Of a DNA stretch of 64,000 bases, positions 26,590-39,239 are shown piece after piece. The translations under genes and the position numbers were made by a program. Under the pieces are notes generated by a model that searched no databases, was not told where the DNA came from, and saw only the letters and a list, made by a program, of their open reading frames with translations. The stretch spans positions 20,584,001 to 20,648,000 of the forward strand of contig OZ365109.1 in the NCBI GenBank assembly GCA_977030845.1, in the 5' to 3' direction. Position 1 is the stretch's first letter. Each line of letters opens with the position of its first letter. Origin of the DNA: Fimbriosthenelais zetlandica (lineage: Eukaryota).

Positions 26590-27430
26590 CCTCTAAACCA
26601 ATCATAATGCAGGACATAGAATGCCTTTGGAACGACTCTGGAACGGAAGTTCTCGAGCCCGTTCATCCACTCTAAACCAATCATAATGCAGGACATATAA
26701 TGCCTTTGGAACGACTCTGGAACGGAAGTTCTCGACCCCGTTCATCCAATAATAATAGAGCAAAACGGGACGACTCATGAATATGCATGAAAGACAATAT
26801 CCGAGCCGTGGAACCGTAGAGGGAAGTGTATGGTAGATGTAATGACCACATATATATATGTAATAAGTCTTTATGTGTAGGCTAGCCAGTGATAGTATAG
26901 ATGTACCTAAAAACGCCCTACATACAGGGAAGTCCCAAAATAGGAATAAGGAAATTAGTTCCCGAGATCGCCGCCTATAGCAGCACTGTACAGTCTACTG
27001 CCATATCTTTCCCATAATCCATCATTATTCATAGCATCACTTCCGTCACTCATTTGGAACAGGCTTTATATTATTTGAACGCATCTGGGACCCCCGTCCC
27101 AAGAACGTTCGCGGGACAAATTTAATATTTAGAACAGACCCAGAACAGTTCTATGTCTTTTGGTAACATTTGAACTGGTCTAGAACCGTTATAAAATTTT
27201 ATATTTTTTATATAATATTAAAGCCAAATTTCGCTGGGACCAATAGAAGACCATCTTTTCTGTTAGTGCGGGACTACTCCCAAGAGGACATGGAACCAGT
27301 TGGGAACGCCTCTGGGACACCCGTCCCAAATGCGTGCTAAAAGCAATTAACTGTTCTGGAACCGTTCGCACAGTCCCAGAACCGTGCGAACAGTCCCAGA
27401 CCTGTTAAAATGTATCTGAGAACGTGCAAA
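26590..27430. mobile_element. Array of short GGAAC / GGGAC-GTCCC motifs, probably DNA-transposon subterminal repeats
   Basis: Repeated tggaac, ctgggac, gtccca and gaaccgt in both orientations, e.g. gttcgcac...gtgcgaac at 27363-27390; termini not defined. Confidence 0.45.
26591..26748. repeat. 79-bp tandem duplication, 2 copies
   Basis: ctctaaaccaatcataatgcaggac...ccgttcatcca at 26591-26669 and 26670-26748, two mismatches. Confidence 0.95.
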
Positions 27431-29249
27431 AACTTCCGAACGAAGAAGGGACGCAACACTAACCATCTGACAATCATACAATCGGATGTGTGTTCCATCT
27501 ATAGGCGGGCATGACAAGACAATCTATTACCTTTCAAAGCCTGTCAACTGACAGGCATATACATAGTCATATACACAGGACCTGTGTGGACAACACTTTA
27601 TGTACCACAGAAAAGAAACAATCTATGGCATGGTGGTACAACCAAGGGTCTCATCATTCTCCTGAGCTGAAGAATTCGTTCAAACCATGGTTTCAGGTGG
27701 TAGGCCCATCGGTCAAAATAAGGCAGTCAGTGAAAGTGGAACAACTCAGGGAAAGGCGATCAGGGTTTTTCACTTTGATGTAAGAGAGGTGTGAAACGAC
27801 AGGCAACTGAATGACTGGAGGGCCAGAAACCAACTCTTCCTTTCATTTACGTGTTTGTGTTTCTTTTCATATCGTCAGAAATCAATTGATCAGCAGCTGC
27901 TGTGTTGTCCTTTATATTTTCTGAGATTCTTCAAATTCAGCAGAGATGTATAAATGCATAGGCCTTATTATGCATAAATTTGTTTACACATCTACACATG
28001 ATTTATTCACAATTTCTTACCAAGACTTCAAGCAGAACATACTAAATAGCACAAATTAATGCAAGTGTTCAACTGGTAATCAAGGCAAATCAGTTAAACT
28101 TGCAATCCTGATACATACATATAAATATTAATTATCAGTTGCATCAAGAGGCAATCGACGCCAGAAAATGGCGCCAGCATGTGTACCATTAAAGCTGCTT
28201 GATATTTACTGAGCTGGCAGTATAGAGCCATGGATGGGGAAGGTGTGTATCACACACATACTTATACCTCCAGCTGGTGTCTGGAGTGCTCCATGGTGTC
28301 TCCAGCAGGCATGCTTCTGTCATGGGGTGGGGTATTAATAAGTGGCAAGGATATATACACATAGCATAAATATTGGCCTGGCTCTCATTTAGATATATTA
28401 TACAGTGATATAGTCATATATATTAATACAGAAACATAGTTCTGGGCTTCTCTGATATTATGTAATAAGGATAATAAGGATATAAAGGATTTAAGGTATT
28501 ATCAGGGATTTAATATCCATAATTGGTTACTAATCGATGGGTGACTATAATGTTGTTAGGCCATTCTTTGGTCAGACTTACTGGAATAAATGGAAAACAT
28601 GGAGAAGAAACGAGTTTCCAGGAAAGTAAATATAATGCTTGTAATGTATGTCGGGGTACTATATTGTTCACCAGCCTCATATTGCTTTTCAGTTGAAACC
28701 AAAGAAAACACTCACGATAGCAAGCTTTCAATTAGGTCGTGGGGAGCGCCTCTGTAGAACTCAGAGAATGTGACCACAGAGTAAGCAAGGTTTTCTTTTG
28801 AAGTGGCGAGAAGAGACATATTCACAGAGATGCCAGTGTGTGTACAGATAGCAAGAAGGAGCCTTTGGTCCCTACCAAGCGCGCTTCCCTAACTGCCTCT
28901 GTCATTTTATTGGGAACTCGTCCCTTCTGTCATACCTGATTGGCAGTCCCTTGGAACTTGTCCGTCAGTACCTTTAGCCAGTGTCAGGAAGAGGTCAGAT
29001 ATATGGTATAAATATACACCAGGCTTATCACTGACTCGCCCTTCCACATAGACCCTCACAGTGATCACTTATTTAATACAAGCCCAAGCCTGGCGCACTT
29101 TGACCCCCAGGAGTCGGACAAGTCATCAAGAAGATTGATGGGTGTAGGACCCTCCTGTGAACGGTCAATATGTCCACTCCCCATCCATTGTGGTATTCAC
29201 ATGCATTGGGGGATGCGGGAAGGTCGGTTGAGGCACCCCCCGGGGTGAC

Positions 29250-29560
29250 ATTGCTGGCCGTGCATTGAGATGCCACTGACAAGGAACCTGACGTTTTTCA
29301 TGGTTTACCTTCGCCCTGGGAATGCATGGCGACCCATTTTAGCTGAGTGCCCCGTCCACTCGGCTCCATTCTCGACCGAGAAGGAAGTTTTAATTACAAC
29401 AGCTGTTTTCTTCCTGGCCTTGCACGTGCGCAATCAAGAGGCTGGATCTGGGAATCAGTAGCTGTGTTCCCCTAATCTCTTTGTTTGTAATGCCTTTCGA
29501 TGTCAGACAAGCGTTAACAGGTAGACAGAATTTATTGAAAACAATATCACTACAATGTCC
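29250..29560 (-). mobile_element. Possible decayed tyrosine recombinase (DIRS/Ngaro-like)
   Basis: SVYLLTLV*HRKAL...WTGHSAKMG, then with a frameshift ...QW; loosely follows CPVxxLxxYL, GHSFRIG and GRWxS. Confidence 0.25.
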
Positions 29561-30071
29561 CTCTGCGCACGTGTTCCATGAATATTCGGCCTCATCGATC
29601 ATCGGGCCAGAGGGAGGACTCCGTCCGGGCGAGGTTACCAAAAATTGCCATGTTTCAATAGGATGCTTTGGGGGAAAGGTGTAAAAAGCAGTGGCTTTGC
29701 ACCGAAGGACATTTGTCCGGAGGGAAGGAATAGATCTGCCAATAATTTGGTTTCATGAATAACGGGCGCCGTGGGTGAGGGGAAGAAGGGCTGCTGTATA
29801 TGGTTGGTGGTGGCTCGCCGGCGTAGACCAATCTCGGCCTATCTAAGTCACTATTAGTGAGGTGATATTTCACTTCTGGTTTACCTAAATGATATATGAG
29901 GCATATATATCAAAGAGGCCTTTCCCCTTACATTGGAGTATGGATCCATGGTACCTATCTAAAGACCAGACCCCAGTGGGGGGATGTTGGTCTGTGGTGC
30001 CATTAGCGCATGCGAAAATGTTGGGGATGCAAAGGTTTGTCACCATATCACGAGGATGTCATGACAATGTT

Positions 30072-30306
30072 AGCCTGAAGCCACTGAGCTACGATCTCCC
30101 TACGATCTTCATACGATCTGCTTGAACCTGCTCAAATTGAGAACACAGTTTACTGATCCACGAGAAAAACGCAGAGCACACAGGAACATGATCTGAGGTT
30201 CATTCCACATACTCTTTCGTAGGTTCATTCCAACTTTTAAAATTTTGGATCGTAATTGGATCGTAAAGCAGATTGTAGGGAGGTCGTAGCTCAGTGGGTT
30301 CAGGCT
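30072..30306. mobile_element. 235-bp MITE, PIF/Harbinger-like
   Basis: 37-bp TIRs: agcctgaagccactgagctacgatctccctacgatct versus the reverse complement agcctgaacccactgagctacgacctccctacaatct (3 mismatches). Internal tacgatc repeats; right flank tta. Confidence 0.85.
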
Positions 30307-31079
30307 TTAAATTATAGTTGTAAAACGATGCTTTAAAAGCTTGTTATAACCATGTTAAACAAAGTTATCATATCGAGGCATATTGAACAGGTGGCAACAT
30401 GTTGCATGCCATATCGAAGGATATTAGTCGAAGCAATAAAATAGGGGTATCGCATTTGTTGCATCCCACTACATAACCCTGCAGACAACAGACAGCAATC
30501 ACGAATCATGTTGCGGTAGTTGAGTCCAGCCTGAAGCCAAAGTGAGCTTTTAACATTGGCACAGGACGGAAAGCACTACGATCTTGCAATATTGATAGCT
30601 TTGATGGGGCTTTAGATGTGGAAACTTCCTGCAACGATTCTTCCGTGGATGTTACAAGATAAAGTATAGAATAGCCCGGGACATATACAATATCATTCAC
30701 CTCTCTACCAAGTTTTATTACAAGCCTTGCCACTCAAGCGTTTCGGCCTGCTTGTGTAGTTTGACTACGATAAGGATATGACTGATAGATGTAGGGCTGG
30801 TGTCGGAGGATATCAGCGAGCTAAGATCAAAGACAGCAGCTTTCTCGGGGTTGAAAAGGGTGAGGTGCAGTTAGAGAGCCAGGAAGGATGTCATTCTTAT
30901 GGGGCTATACTCATCCGATGGCCTTGGAGCGCCGGAGACGATTTTTCATCAGCACATGGTTAATGTGCTCCATTCATTCCAGACGCATACACTGGTGTAG
31001 AAAGTATTTTAAGGTTAAATTATTCAGATGGTATGCAGCCATACAAAAAGAAAAAGTTATTTTGTAATTGTGCCGTACG

Positions 31080-31385
31080 TAGGCCCATTGCATAAGACAT
31101 GCGAGGGCTCATAAAGTCAAAATAGAACATGTCTCTTGTTCTTATATGACAAAGTGTGTAAAATGTACTTATGTGCCAAATATGAATGATTCTAGCTTAA
31201 ATATTCCCAAAGATTATGGAAGTTTCAGACGGCGGCCATCTTGAAATCCAAGATGGCGGCCACCAAAAATACGAAATAGAACGCGTCTTCTGAAAGAGCA
31301 GGCTAAATTGTGCCAATTGTTTTTGTAATTTATTCACAAAATGAACAATATGACCTATTTTATGTCCTAAGCTACTGCACTAGTT
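31080..31385. mobile_element. Non-autonomous repeat with GCCATCTTG/CAAGATGGC hairpin and CTAG-type end (Helitron/Helentron-like?)
   Basis: Inverted repeat gccatcttg (31235-31243) / caagatggc (31249-31257); ends aagctactgcactag. Class assignment is from recollection only. Confidence 0.35.
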
Positions 31386-33396
31386 GTTTTATCATTATAA
31401 GATTCAGTTTAATATATGCAATATGAACATTCCTATACAAGCCCTCGCAGAAGAAAAGTGGCCTGCATAGTACCGATAGCTTGCATGAATATTTCACTTG
31501 CAAATTTTATACGATTTGAATGGGTACTCGTAGACCATCACAGAGGGAACCATGAGCGATTATCACATGAAACTTATGCAATGGAGGCCATGTCTCAAGT
31601 ACATCTTTGATAGCAGCAAAGAGCTGAATTGGCCCTACAAAAGGTGGAAAGAAGGCCCTAGGCTGCACCCATATAACTGTAAAGATCTGTAATAAAACAG
31701 GAAAACGGGCCTATACATGGCTGTTACACCACAGAAGACGGAGATGGCTACAAGTTGAGCATGACATAACTACCATCAGTACCAGCCCTTGACCTTTCAG
31801 ACTCCTATGATGCTTGCAACCCGCCATCCTCAAGGGCGAGCATCATTCCCTAATGATGCTCTTAAATTGGCCAAGCCCGCTGTAAAATCATCCCAAGTGA
31901 CAACTCAACCGATTGTAAAGGGTGTCATATATACCTCCATATATAAAGGAACTGCCTCCTTGAAGCCAACTCCTGCCACTATCCTATTCTCATTGTTCCT
32001 CTTTCTTGAACTACATAACCATTCTCGTGGCAATTTTCATTCGCATTTAGTCCCCTATGCTGCCATTAGTATTACCATTCTCGTGGCAATTTTTATTCGC
32101 CTGTAGTTTCTTCTGGGCATTCATGTTCTGCACTATTCTATCCCTCCTATCTTCTCTACTCCCCCCATTTTCTCCTTTGCTGTCTCCAACCGTCTCTATC
32201 CCAAAACTGGGTTGCACAAACATCAACGTAAAAAAAAAGGCAATACTCTCTTCCTGTCTCTCTTTTCCTCTTGTTCTCATTCTCTCACTCCCTTTCTCGA
32301 CAAATAGGGCCTATATCCAGCTCTCCTTTCCTCCACCGACAGGAGTTGGACTGGAGAACATATGACAAGAGACCCCCTCAACATATCCCCTCACTGAATG
32401 GAGCTAATGACTCACACTCAAGTTCTACAGATTGGCAAAGACAATCGCATGACAGAGTCTAAACGAAGGAGAGAGTTTTAAGCTAATGACAGGGGTAATG
32501 TAGCCTTTAATGAACACTGTCTGCCTAGTGATGGCGGAATTATCCCCGACAGTCATATGTACAAGCTGTGAACGTGTGGAATTAGTCTGACGGTCGGGTT
32601 CTGCTCGCATGTGATACTTTATTGCAGAGACGAGATTGACCACTCTGGCTAGTTCACACCGCTGAAATGGAGGAACATAGGCTTTCCCTGATGTGGGCCT
32701 CGGGGCAAATTAGAGTCATGCTATAGGAAACTTCAGTCTGGTAACTTTCAGGAGAGTTAAAAAAACAACTTCTGGAGAATGTCTGGAGAAACACTGAGTT
32801 ATAAAATGATACTTTGGAGAATATTGTGTATGCTAAAGATGAGGGTCAATGCAGAATTACAGGACCTATATTACAAGACAGAGTCCTTGTAAAATGTGAT
32901 TAGTAAGAATGTACAAGATGTCCTGTATTTCATTTCACAGAACTGATTTTACAGAACTGGACATGCAAACACACATATGGTCATGTAAATATTACAAGAT
33001 CTCTATGTAATTTATACTTGCACCTAACAGGAAATATTTTCCCTTTAGAGCTGCGATACATTGTCTCATACACCAAAATAACGAGCATAAAATATTTTGT
33101 TCCCGCCAGGCAGACTTTCACAAGATAAAGCAAGAACACAAAAGTTCCAAGTGCTCCCTAAACGCTCATCGAGTATGTATTAAAATTTAAAATGCTGCAA
33201 TCTTTATGCTGAGAACAAAGATCTAGGAGGAGAAAGTTTTGGAGGGAAAACTAAACTGTTTGACAAACTAAACGAGACACAGCTAAAATAACGTAATCCA
33301 GTATCTCAGAGTTGCCGCTTGTGGTCAGGCAACGCACTATAGGCTATTCACCTCAATTATAGCCTGTTACAAAAGATATAACCATATACTACTTAC

Positions 33397-33510
33397 CTTC
33401 AGACAAGGTACTCTTAAATATATAAAGTACAACCGCCGATCCTGATGGCAGATATTAATATGATAACCAAGCAGGGACTTACCTGAAAGAAAAGAAAATT
33501 AAGATAAGAA
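33397..33510 (-). other. Recursive splice site (AG|GTAAGT) with 86-nt RS-exon
   Basis: Minus strand tttttcttatCTTAATtttcttttctttcAG|GTAAGTccc (junction 33483|33482); downstream donor CTGAAG|GTAAGT at 33397|33396. Confidence 0.7.
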
Positions 33511-34692
33511 AAATGCCATAAATTTATAATATCTGATATATACAATTTAATTATTATATTATACGATATTAATTATTGCAAAATAATCAGTGATAAATTG
33601 GTGAAAGATTTTCTCTATCTTTCTTATGGTAAAATTATTATATTAAGATATCTTCAGAATGAATCTCTGCAATACATTTCCCCACAATAAAATACGGCCA
33701 CAATTCTTTCTGGAATTTTTCACAACACAATTAGAATGCAGTGAAATATAATACATGTAACGATTTTGTTAGCCATTTGTCATGCCATCTCCTTGGCTCA
33801 CTGATTAAATCAAATTTACTCATCAATACATAAGAAGTGGAAGTCTGAATCAATTCCCGACAAAGCGATGGAACATTCGCAAATGAGCAATATCCAACGA
33901 TTGATTTACAGACAATAAAATATAGACCAAGGACCAGAGATGTAGAGATGTGGGAAAGCGTCAGTTGTCAAGAATCTGTTACCGAGCTCTTGATGATACT
34001 AATTTGTCCTCGTGTGAAGAAACTGCGCACTTTTCATGTGCCAAATGCCGAGAAGAGGGCTATAACATTGATAAGAATATCATTATATTCTAAATTCAAG
34101 GATCAATTTGCACAAGATGAGTTAATTTTTCAATATGGTTTAATTCGTGTGAATGATCCCTTTCTTGAGTTAAAACATCAGCAGACATGAAAGAGTGGGC
34201 GGTCTGATTCTTCTTCAACAAGAAGAGTTCTTCAAGTTTTGTCAGGCAGTTTGGTGCTAAAAAAGTGAGTGTGGACAAAGTCAACAGCTGCTGCAGATCA
34301 GAAAACACTTGAGTTAAGCAGGTTTGCTGAGACTCAAAATAATGATACTTTGAGAGCCTCAAGAGAATTAATATGTCTGTTCACGGTTCTTTAGTTATTC
34401 CGACTGGAGACCAGGACTGGATAGGTTTCAAGAAGACGGCCCACTTAAGTTCTCAAGTATCCTGTAGGAAGGTGAAATGGCAGAAGGGTGTGGGGGAGGT
34501 GCGAGCATCGGTGCGAGGGGTCTGTCCCCAAAAGACCGAGGGAGATTTGAGATTTGTTCTGCTCAGGACTGGCTCCTTTTGGGAGAAAGGTATTGTGTAC
34601 ACAGCCAGGATCTCCAGGGGACTGGCTGACGTCAAGGGCAAGAGGGAATCTACAGAAGACCAGACCCAATCAGCAGGGGACTGCGATACATA

Positions 34693-34737
34693 TGGTATAT
34701 CAACGAGAGTAAAATATTTTACTCTCGTTTGGTATAT
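34693..34737. mobile_element. 29-bp palindromic insertion flanked by an 8-bp direct repeat
   Basis: tggtatat - c aacgagagtaaaat|attttactctcgtt - tggtatat; perfect 28-bp palindrome at 34702-34729. Confidence 0.85.
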
Positions 34738-35189
34738 GGAATGTGCATAATGGACATAAGACAAAATTGAATCTGCAAGTGTGGGGAGGAGGCGGGGGGG
34801 GGGCTCTAGATTAAGATAAGCCTAGATGCATGGATGCAGTGTACAGGGTACTGGACCCAATCTGCAAAGGTGGGGGGACTTCATGCATAGGTGAAACTTA
34901 CACCATAGATTGGTATACAAGTCTACAAGAGACCTGACCCACAGAAACTGTAAGGGCAGAAACTTTGTTCCCGTCTATCAGAAGACTGTGACCAGACTGC
35001 ACATTTTATTTTCCGGTGTAGGCCTTCTAGGCGCTGTAGTATATAGAAGAAACCTTGATAATATTTTAGAGGGAAACAACGAAACTCACTGAGTTTTGCA
35101 CAATGGTTCTTTTGCATGCACATCAACAGTGCAATTGTGTAGGCTAAGGACTCATGTGTAAAATAATGTGTAAAGATTTTACTATTGAG

Positions 35190-35480
35190 ATGGAAATTTA
35201 ATATCATCTATCCATTGAGCGTCTGGGGCTTGAGTCTGGGGTTGATGCTCAATGCAGTAAAAAACCCAACCGCACAATAGATAGAGGCTATTAGTAATAG
35301 TGGGTGAGCAGGTCGGGGAAGTTCCAGAGTTGAAAGGTGATGGGTTGCTATCAAGGCTTTCTATTATTTTTTCCCCACAATAAATGATCACCATTCCTAG
35401 GACAAACTTTGTTGATTACTAGAGTTATATCTCTTCCTCATTCCACTGGTATAGTGAACCATACATCAGCCTGACAGCAC
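35190..35480 (-). mobile_element. RTE-clade LINE 3' region remnant
   Basis: VRLMYGSLYQWNEEEI (cf. LLYGSETWTL..EE) followed by QWIDDIK (cf. RW.DDIK). Confidence 0.45.
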
Positions 35481-35771
35481 CGACCTGAGAGTGGGATGAA
35501 TCCTGAATACGGACGAAGAAATGGTGAGATTCATTTCTCCCGTCTAAATTGTACTTGTGACTAATCAAGCGGGGCCTAGGAGGTGAGAGTGAGAAGAGAG
35601 GAGGTGCTATACTAGGGATCTTCAATAGGTGGAGGGGACTGATGGGAGATATTTGTATAAGGAAAAACTCATGAAAGCACAGAGACAGAGAAAGAATGTG
35701 ATCGGGAGAGATCTAAAGTTCAGAAATGAATAGATCTGAATGGACAGATAAGATGGAAACAAAAGCATGTG

Positions 35772-35899
35772 NNNNNNNNNNNNNNNNNNNNNNNNNNNNN
35801 NNNNNNNNNNNNNNNNNNNNNNNNNNNNNNNNNNNNNNNNNNNNNNNNNNNNNNNNNNNNNNNNNNNNNNNNNNNNNNNNNNNNNNNNNNNNNNNNNNN
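35772..35899. other. Assembly gap (128 N) inside a GA-rich tract
   Basis: Run of N flanked by AG-rich simple sequence at ~35640-35990. Confidence 1.
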
Positions 35900-37229
35900 G
35901 AGAACGGAGACAGAATAGAGAGAGAGAGCGAGAGTTGAGGAATTGAGGGAGAGGAACATCCAGACAGAAGACACAGATAGAGACAGAGATAGGTGCTAAT
36001 TCAGTGGTTGCTATGAAGATGAAAAATATAGTAATCATTTATACGCGAGTAAGGAGCTATGGCTTTATGGTTTTTTTCTAAGTGAGCAATTCTTCATAAG
36101 AGATCTTATCATGCACCCTTGGGCTACAAATCATTGAAGACTATGAGGATGTGCCCAATGATTTGATAAAAGTAGGAAAGAGAGAATAAAAAGTAATAAA
36201 TGGAAATGATCAGCTTTATAATATTTAATTGAACTGGATCTGGCTATCTTTTAATGAGCATCACTTTTAAGGGAAGCCTTCAATTGAAAAGGAAAAAAAT
36301 GGAAAAGGAAAAGGACTATGCAGGAAATCTGGAGGTGAGCCGGTGTTATTTATAACCATTAACATTTTCAGGAATTGAAAACTGAGTGGAATCAGTTTGG
36401 GAAGGAGAGATTTATCAGCTTTAACGATCAAAACGAAAACATTTAAAATGGATCAAGGTCTCATCCTGTCTCACTAACTAGCCGGCCCTCCCGCTCATGC
36501 CAGGCCCATTTGGCTGAATGATTTCATGGGAAGAGAGGTGGAGAAATGGGGCAAAATCCATTTATAGCTCAGGTTTGGCAAACAGATTCCCATTCGGCTA
36601 GAATTTAAGGAGGATCGGTCATTATTTTTCACTCCTTTTTTCTCCTCTTTCCTGCGGAGAAAACAATTTTGATTGCGAGCAAGCGCGCCCAGGGGATAAA
36701 GTGATAAAGATGTCTGGAAAGCGCCCCACTCCCTTTTCCTCCTCCCTTCTCCTCCACCCCATCCCGACCCCCAACCCCATCTCCTGCGACCAGCAAAACC
36801 TTGGCTGTTCTCCTTAAGCCAACCAATCCCCGACTCATCAGCCAAGGTTAAGGGTTTAAGGGCCTCCATTGACTACCTTTTTACAATCTCCCAATATCCG
36901 TGTTTAATACCTTAAGGTCAAGTTACAAAATCGAACACTTCTGGAGGGACCTCACACCTCGGCTGAGTGCTAAAGTGTGTAGCCAATAAGACGTGGGACG
37001 GCATCTATCACAAACTCAAAAAGCTTATTCGGGAATCCCTTACACTAACGCTATACTTGCCTACATGTATATTTAAAGCATTATATTACAAGCATCACGG
37101 TGCCCTGCAGTCCGTTTAAAAAAAATATATGCCATAAGTTTAGCATTGCTAATATTATATATTGCTAATATAGTCCTTTTGAAACAGGCTCCAGGAGGTG
37201 GGTGGGCATTGCTTGCATTTCTGTATTTC

Positions 37230-37345
37230 TGGTCTTAAACTAAAGAATGGTATTGTAAACTTACGGTATCCTCTATCTCCTATGCATACGGGCTTGCGTG
37301 TACATGCTTGAAGCATTTTGAAGATTGTATATAGTAGAATTTTTG
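37230..37345 (-). mobile_element. Penelope-like fragment, same family as 11200-11640
   Basis: Shares aaagaatggtattgtaaactta and tgcatac...tgaagcatt with 11280-11370; ML.AC...KFTIPFF in both. Confidence 0.5.
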
Positions 37346-38327
37346 CTTGCAGCTCAATGTTCTGAGGCTGCAGATGCTGCAAGGCCATACGCAAGTCCAT
37401 ATGCTAAGGGGATATTAGAGAATAGCTGTTGTTAGCTGCAAAATGCAAACCCAGGCTATCAAAATCCCTTAAAGTTCTTCACCAAAACTGCCCTTTGAAA
37501 ATTGGGATTCCAAATCATATAACTCAGAGGTATATCCCCCCCCCCCCCCCCCCCCACCCCTAGTGGGGATAGGTTTCCCAATTAAGGTGTAGGCGATCTC
37601 TTGACGAATTGTAATCAATCCGGCTATTGTTACGATGGGATGTACCATGGAGATAATTAGAAGAATGAAATATATTCACAGCCATGATGGGAAATGATAG
37701 AGGATGGTGATAGACCATAATATCATGATCAGAGGGTGTAAGCTATATCAATTAATTTGTTGGCGGGACTAAGTTTTCTATGGGGGCTCCAAAGCGATAA
37801 ATTGAAAAAGTGACACTCGGGACAGAATCTGTCATGGAACCGGTCAACTTCAACCCGTTTCAAAACGAAAATAGGCTGTAGACTTAGCATTGCTAATTTA
37901 CCTTTTGAAACGGGCCCCCGCGGGGATGATTATGACAAGACGATAATTATACAATTGAACATTTTCTCAGCCGTTATATTTCTCCATATTTCGACTCAGC
38001 AGGTCCCGTTATTATGCATTTATTCAGAAGTTTTCACCAAGACTTCAATCATTTGTATACCTTGCATCTCAACCCAAGAAAGTACAGTCAGAAACTATTT
38101 GGACAATCCATTTGAAATGTTTTCAAAAGGAAAATAGCATATATTACCCTAATAGAAACCAAGTGATCAAGTAAAAAGGCAGACAATTTCACTCCTGGCA
38201 AACAGTAATATCTGTACTTTGACAGAGGTGAAGACTGGAGTGAAATGGAGAGAGATTGGGGCCATGGGCCGAGCTGGCATTGTGTCAATATCTATCCAGA
38301 CCGGGACTAGCCCTTGCTACTTCTTAC

Positions 38328-38481
38328 CGAGTGGGTCTATACCCTCCGGTCTCATATAAGCCGCCTCTGAAGTTCTGGGAATTTCTCTGCTTTTCACATG
38401 CTAGAGAGAGTGGGACTGCCAGTGGCCACACAGAGCATATATACTGGGGGACGCTATTGCTGATCTATAAGTTCTATATAG
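38328..38481 (-). other. 154-nt candidate non-coding or poison cassette exon
   Basis: Acceptor tattctgtttttttccttcag|CTAT at 38482|38481; donor ACTCG|gtaaga at 38328|38327; stops in all three frames. Confidence 0.4.
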
Positions 38482-38899
38482 CTGAAGGAAAAAAACAGAA
38501 TACGGGGGACTTTTCATTGCAGCGTGACTACTTTAGTGTCAGTCTGGCCAACCAGGATTACAGTGAATCTGACAAAATTTGTCGGGTTTGTTTTATACCT
38601 GGAAACTTAACTAAAATGTATTGATCAATGTCTTAATGCAAGTCATATTTTGGGGTAGTTCCACTGGGTTTTTTATGCCTTGTGAGTGTTGCAATTTTGT
38701 TGCGGCTAGCCTGTATTTTTCTCACCATGCACTTGCAAATAGAGCACAATATAGCCTAGGCATGCATCCATCAAGCCCCTGCTAGTGCAGTTACACTTGC
38801 GGTATCCAGAAATTCTAGTGGAGCTACATAGGGTTTAATCATCCGCAATATGTGCAGGTAATTGTATTACTGTTACAGACATGCTCTTGGGGAATGTAT

Positions 38900-39210
38900 A
38901 TGTAAATGAAGACTGCAAGCCAAGATATTGTCACTCAGCGAACCGCAATAATGGCCTGTAACGTTTTCAAAGGAAACACCTCCACTATTTCCTTCTCCTG
39001 ATGGCCTCTAACTACAGTGCCAGAGTTGGGACTCTCCCGACCGAATATCCTCCCGCGGCAAGACAATTGATTGAATATAGGTTTTACCTATAGCATCCAC
39101 ATCATCAGCCATACAAAACCTATCGATCAGGCTGGCCCCGCCTGCCCAGGCCATAACCTGTTCCATCAAATTAGCGAATGAAATCAGACTATCAAACCCC
39201 GAGCAAATAA
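38900..39210 (-). mobile_element. RTE-clade LINE RT remnant
   Basis: Single frame DSLISFANLMEQVM...FCMADDVDAIGKT...*...SFENVTGHYCGSLSDN, matching LSPLLFN, YADDIDIIG and FExVxxFxYLGS..DN. Confidence 0.6.
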
Positions 39211-39225
39211 TGTCCTTCCGTCTTG

Positions 39226-39239
39226 GTTGCCAGGGCAAC
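39226..39239. promoter_or_regulatory. RFX X-box-like motif
   Basis: GTTGCCAGGGCAAC, one mismatch to GTTGCCATGGCAAC. Confidence 0.3.

Noticed and set aside
29881-29905. Weaker AG|GT juxtapositions on minus (29884, 38596, 50170, 26886)
   Set aside because: Non-consensus donors (GTAAAC, GTATAA, GTGCTG, GTACAT) or poor pyrimidine tracts.
30740-30775. GGCCGAAACG (minus), typical of Penelope hammerheads
   Set aside because: The CTGANGA half is missing.
31680-31900. LINE RT-like P*GWRVASIIGV*KVKG...MYRPVFL (minus)
   Set aside because: Spacing between the motifs is too long; too weak to list as a feature.
33476-33486. ACTTACCTG as a U1 snRNA 5' end
   Set aside because: No further U1 sequence follows; it is simply the complement of a donor site.
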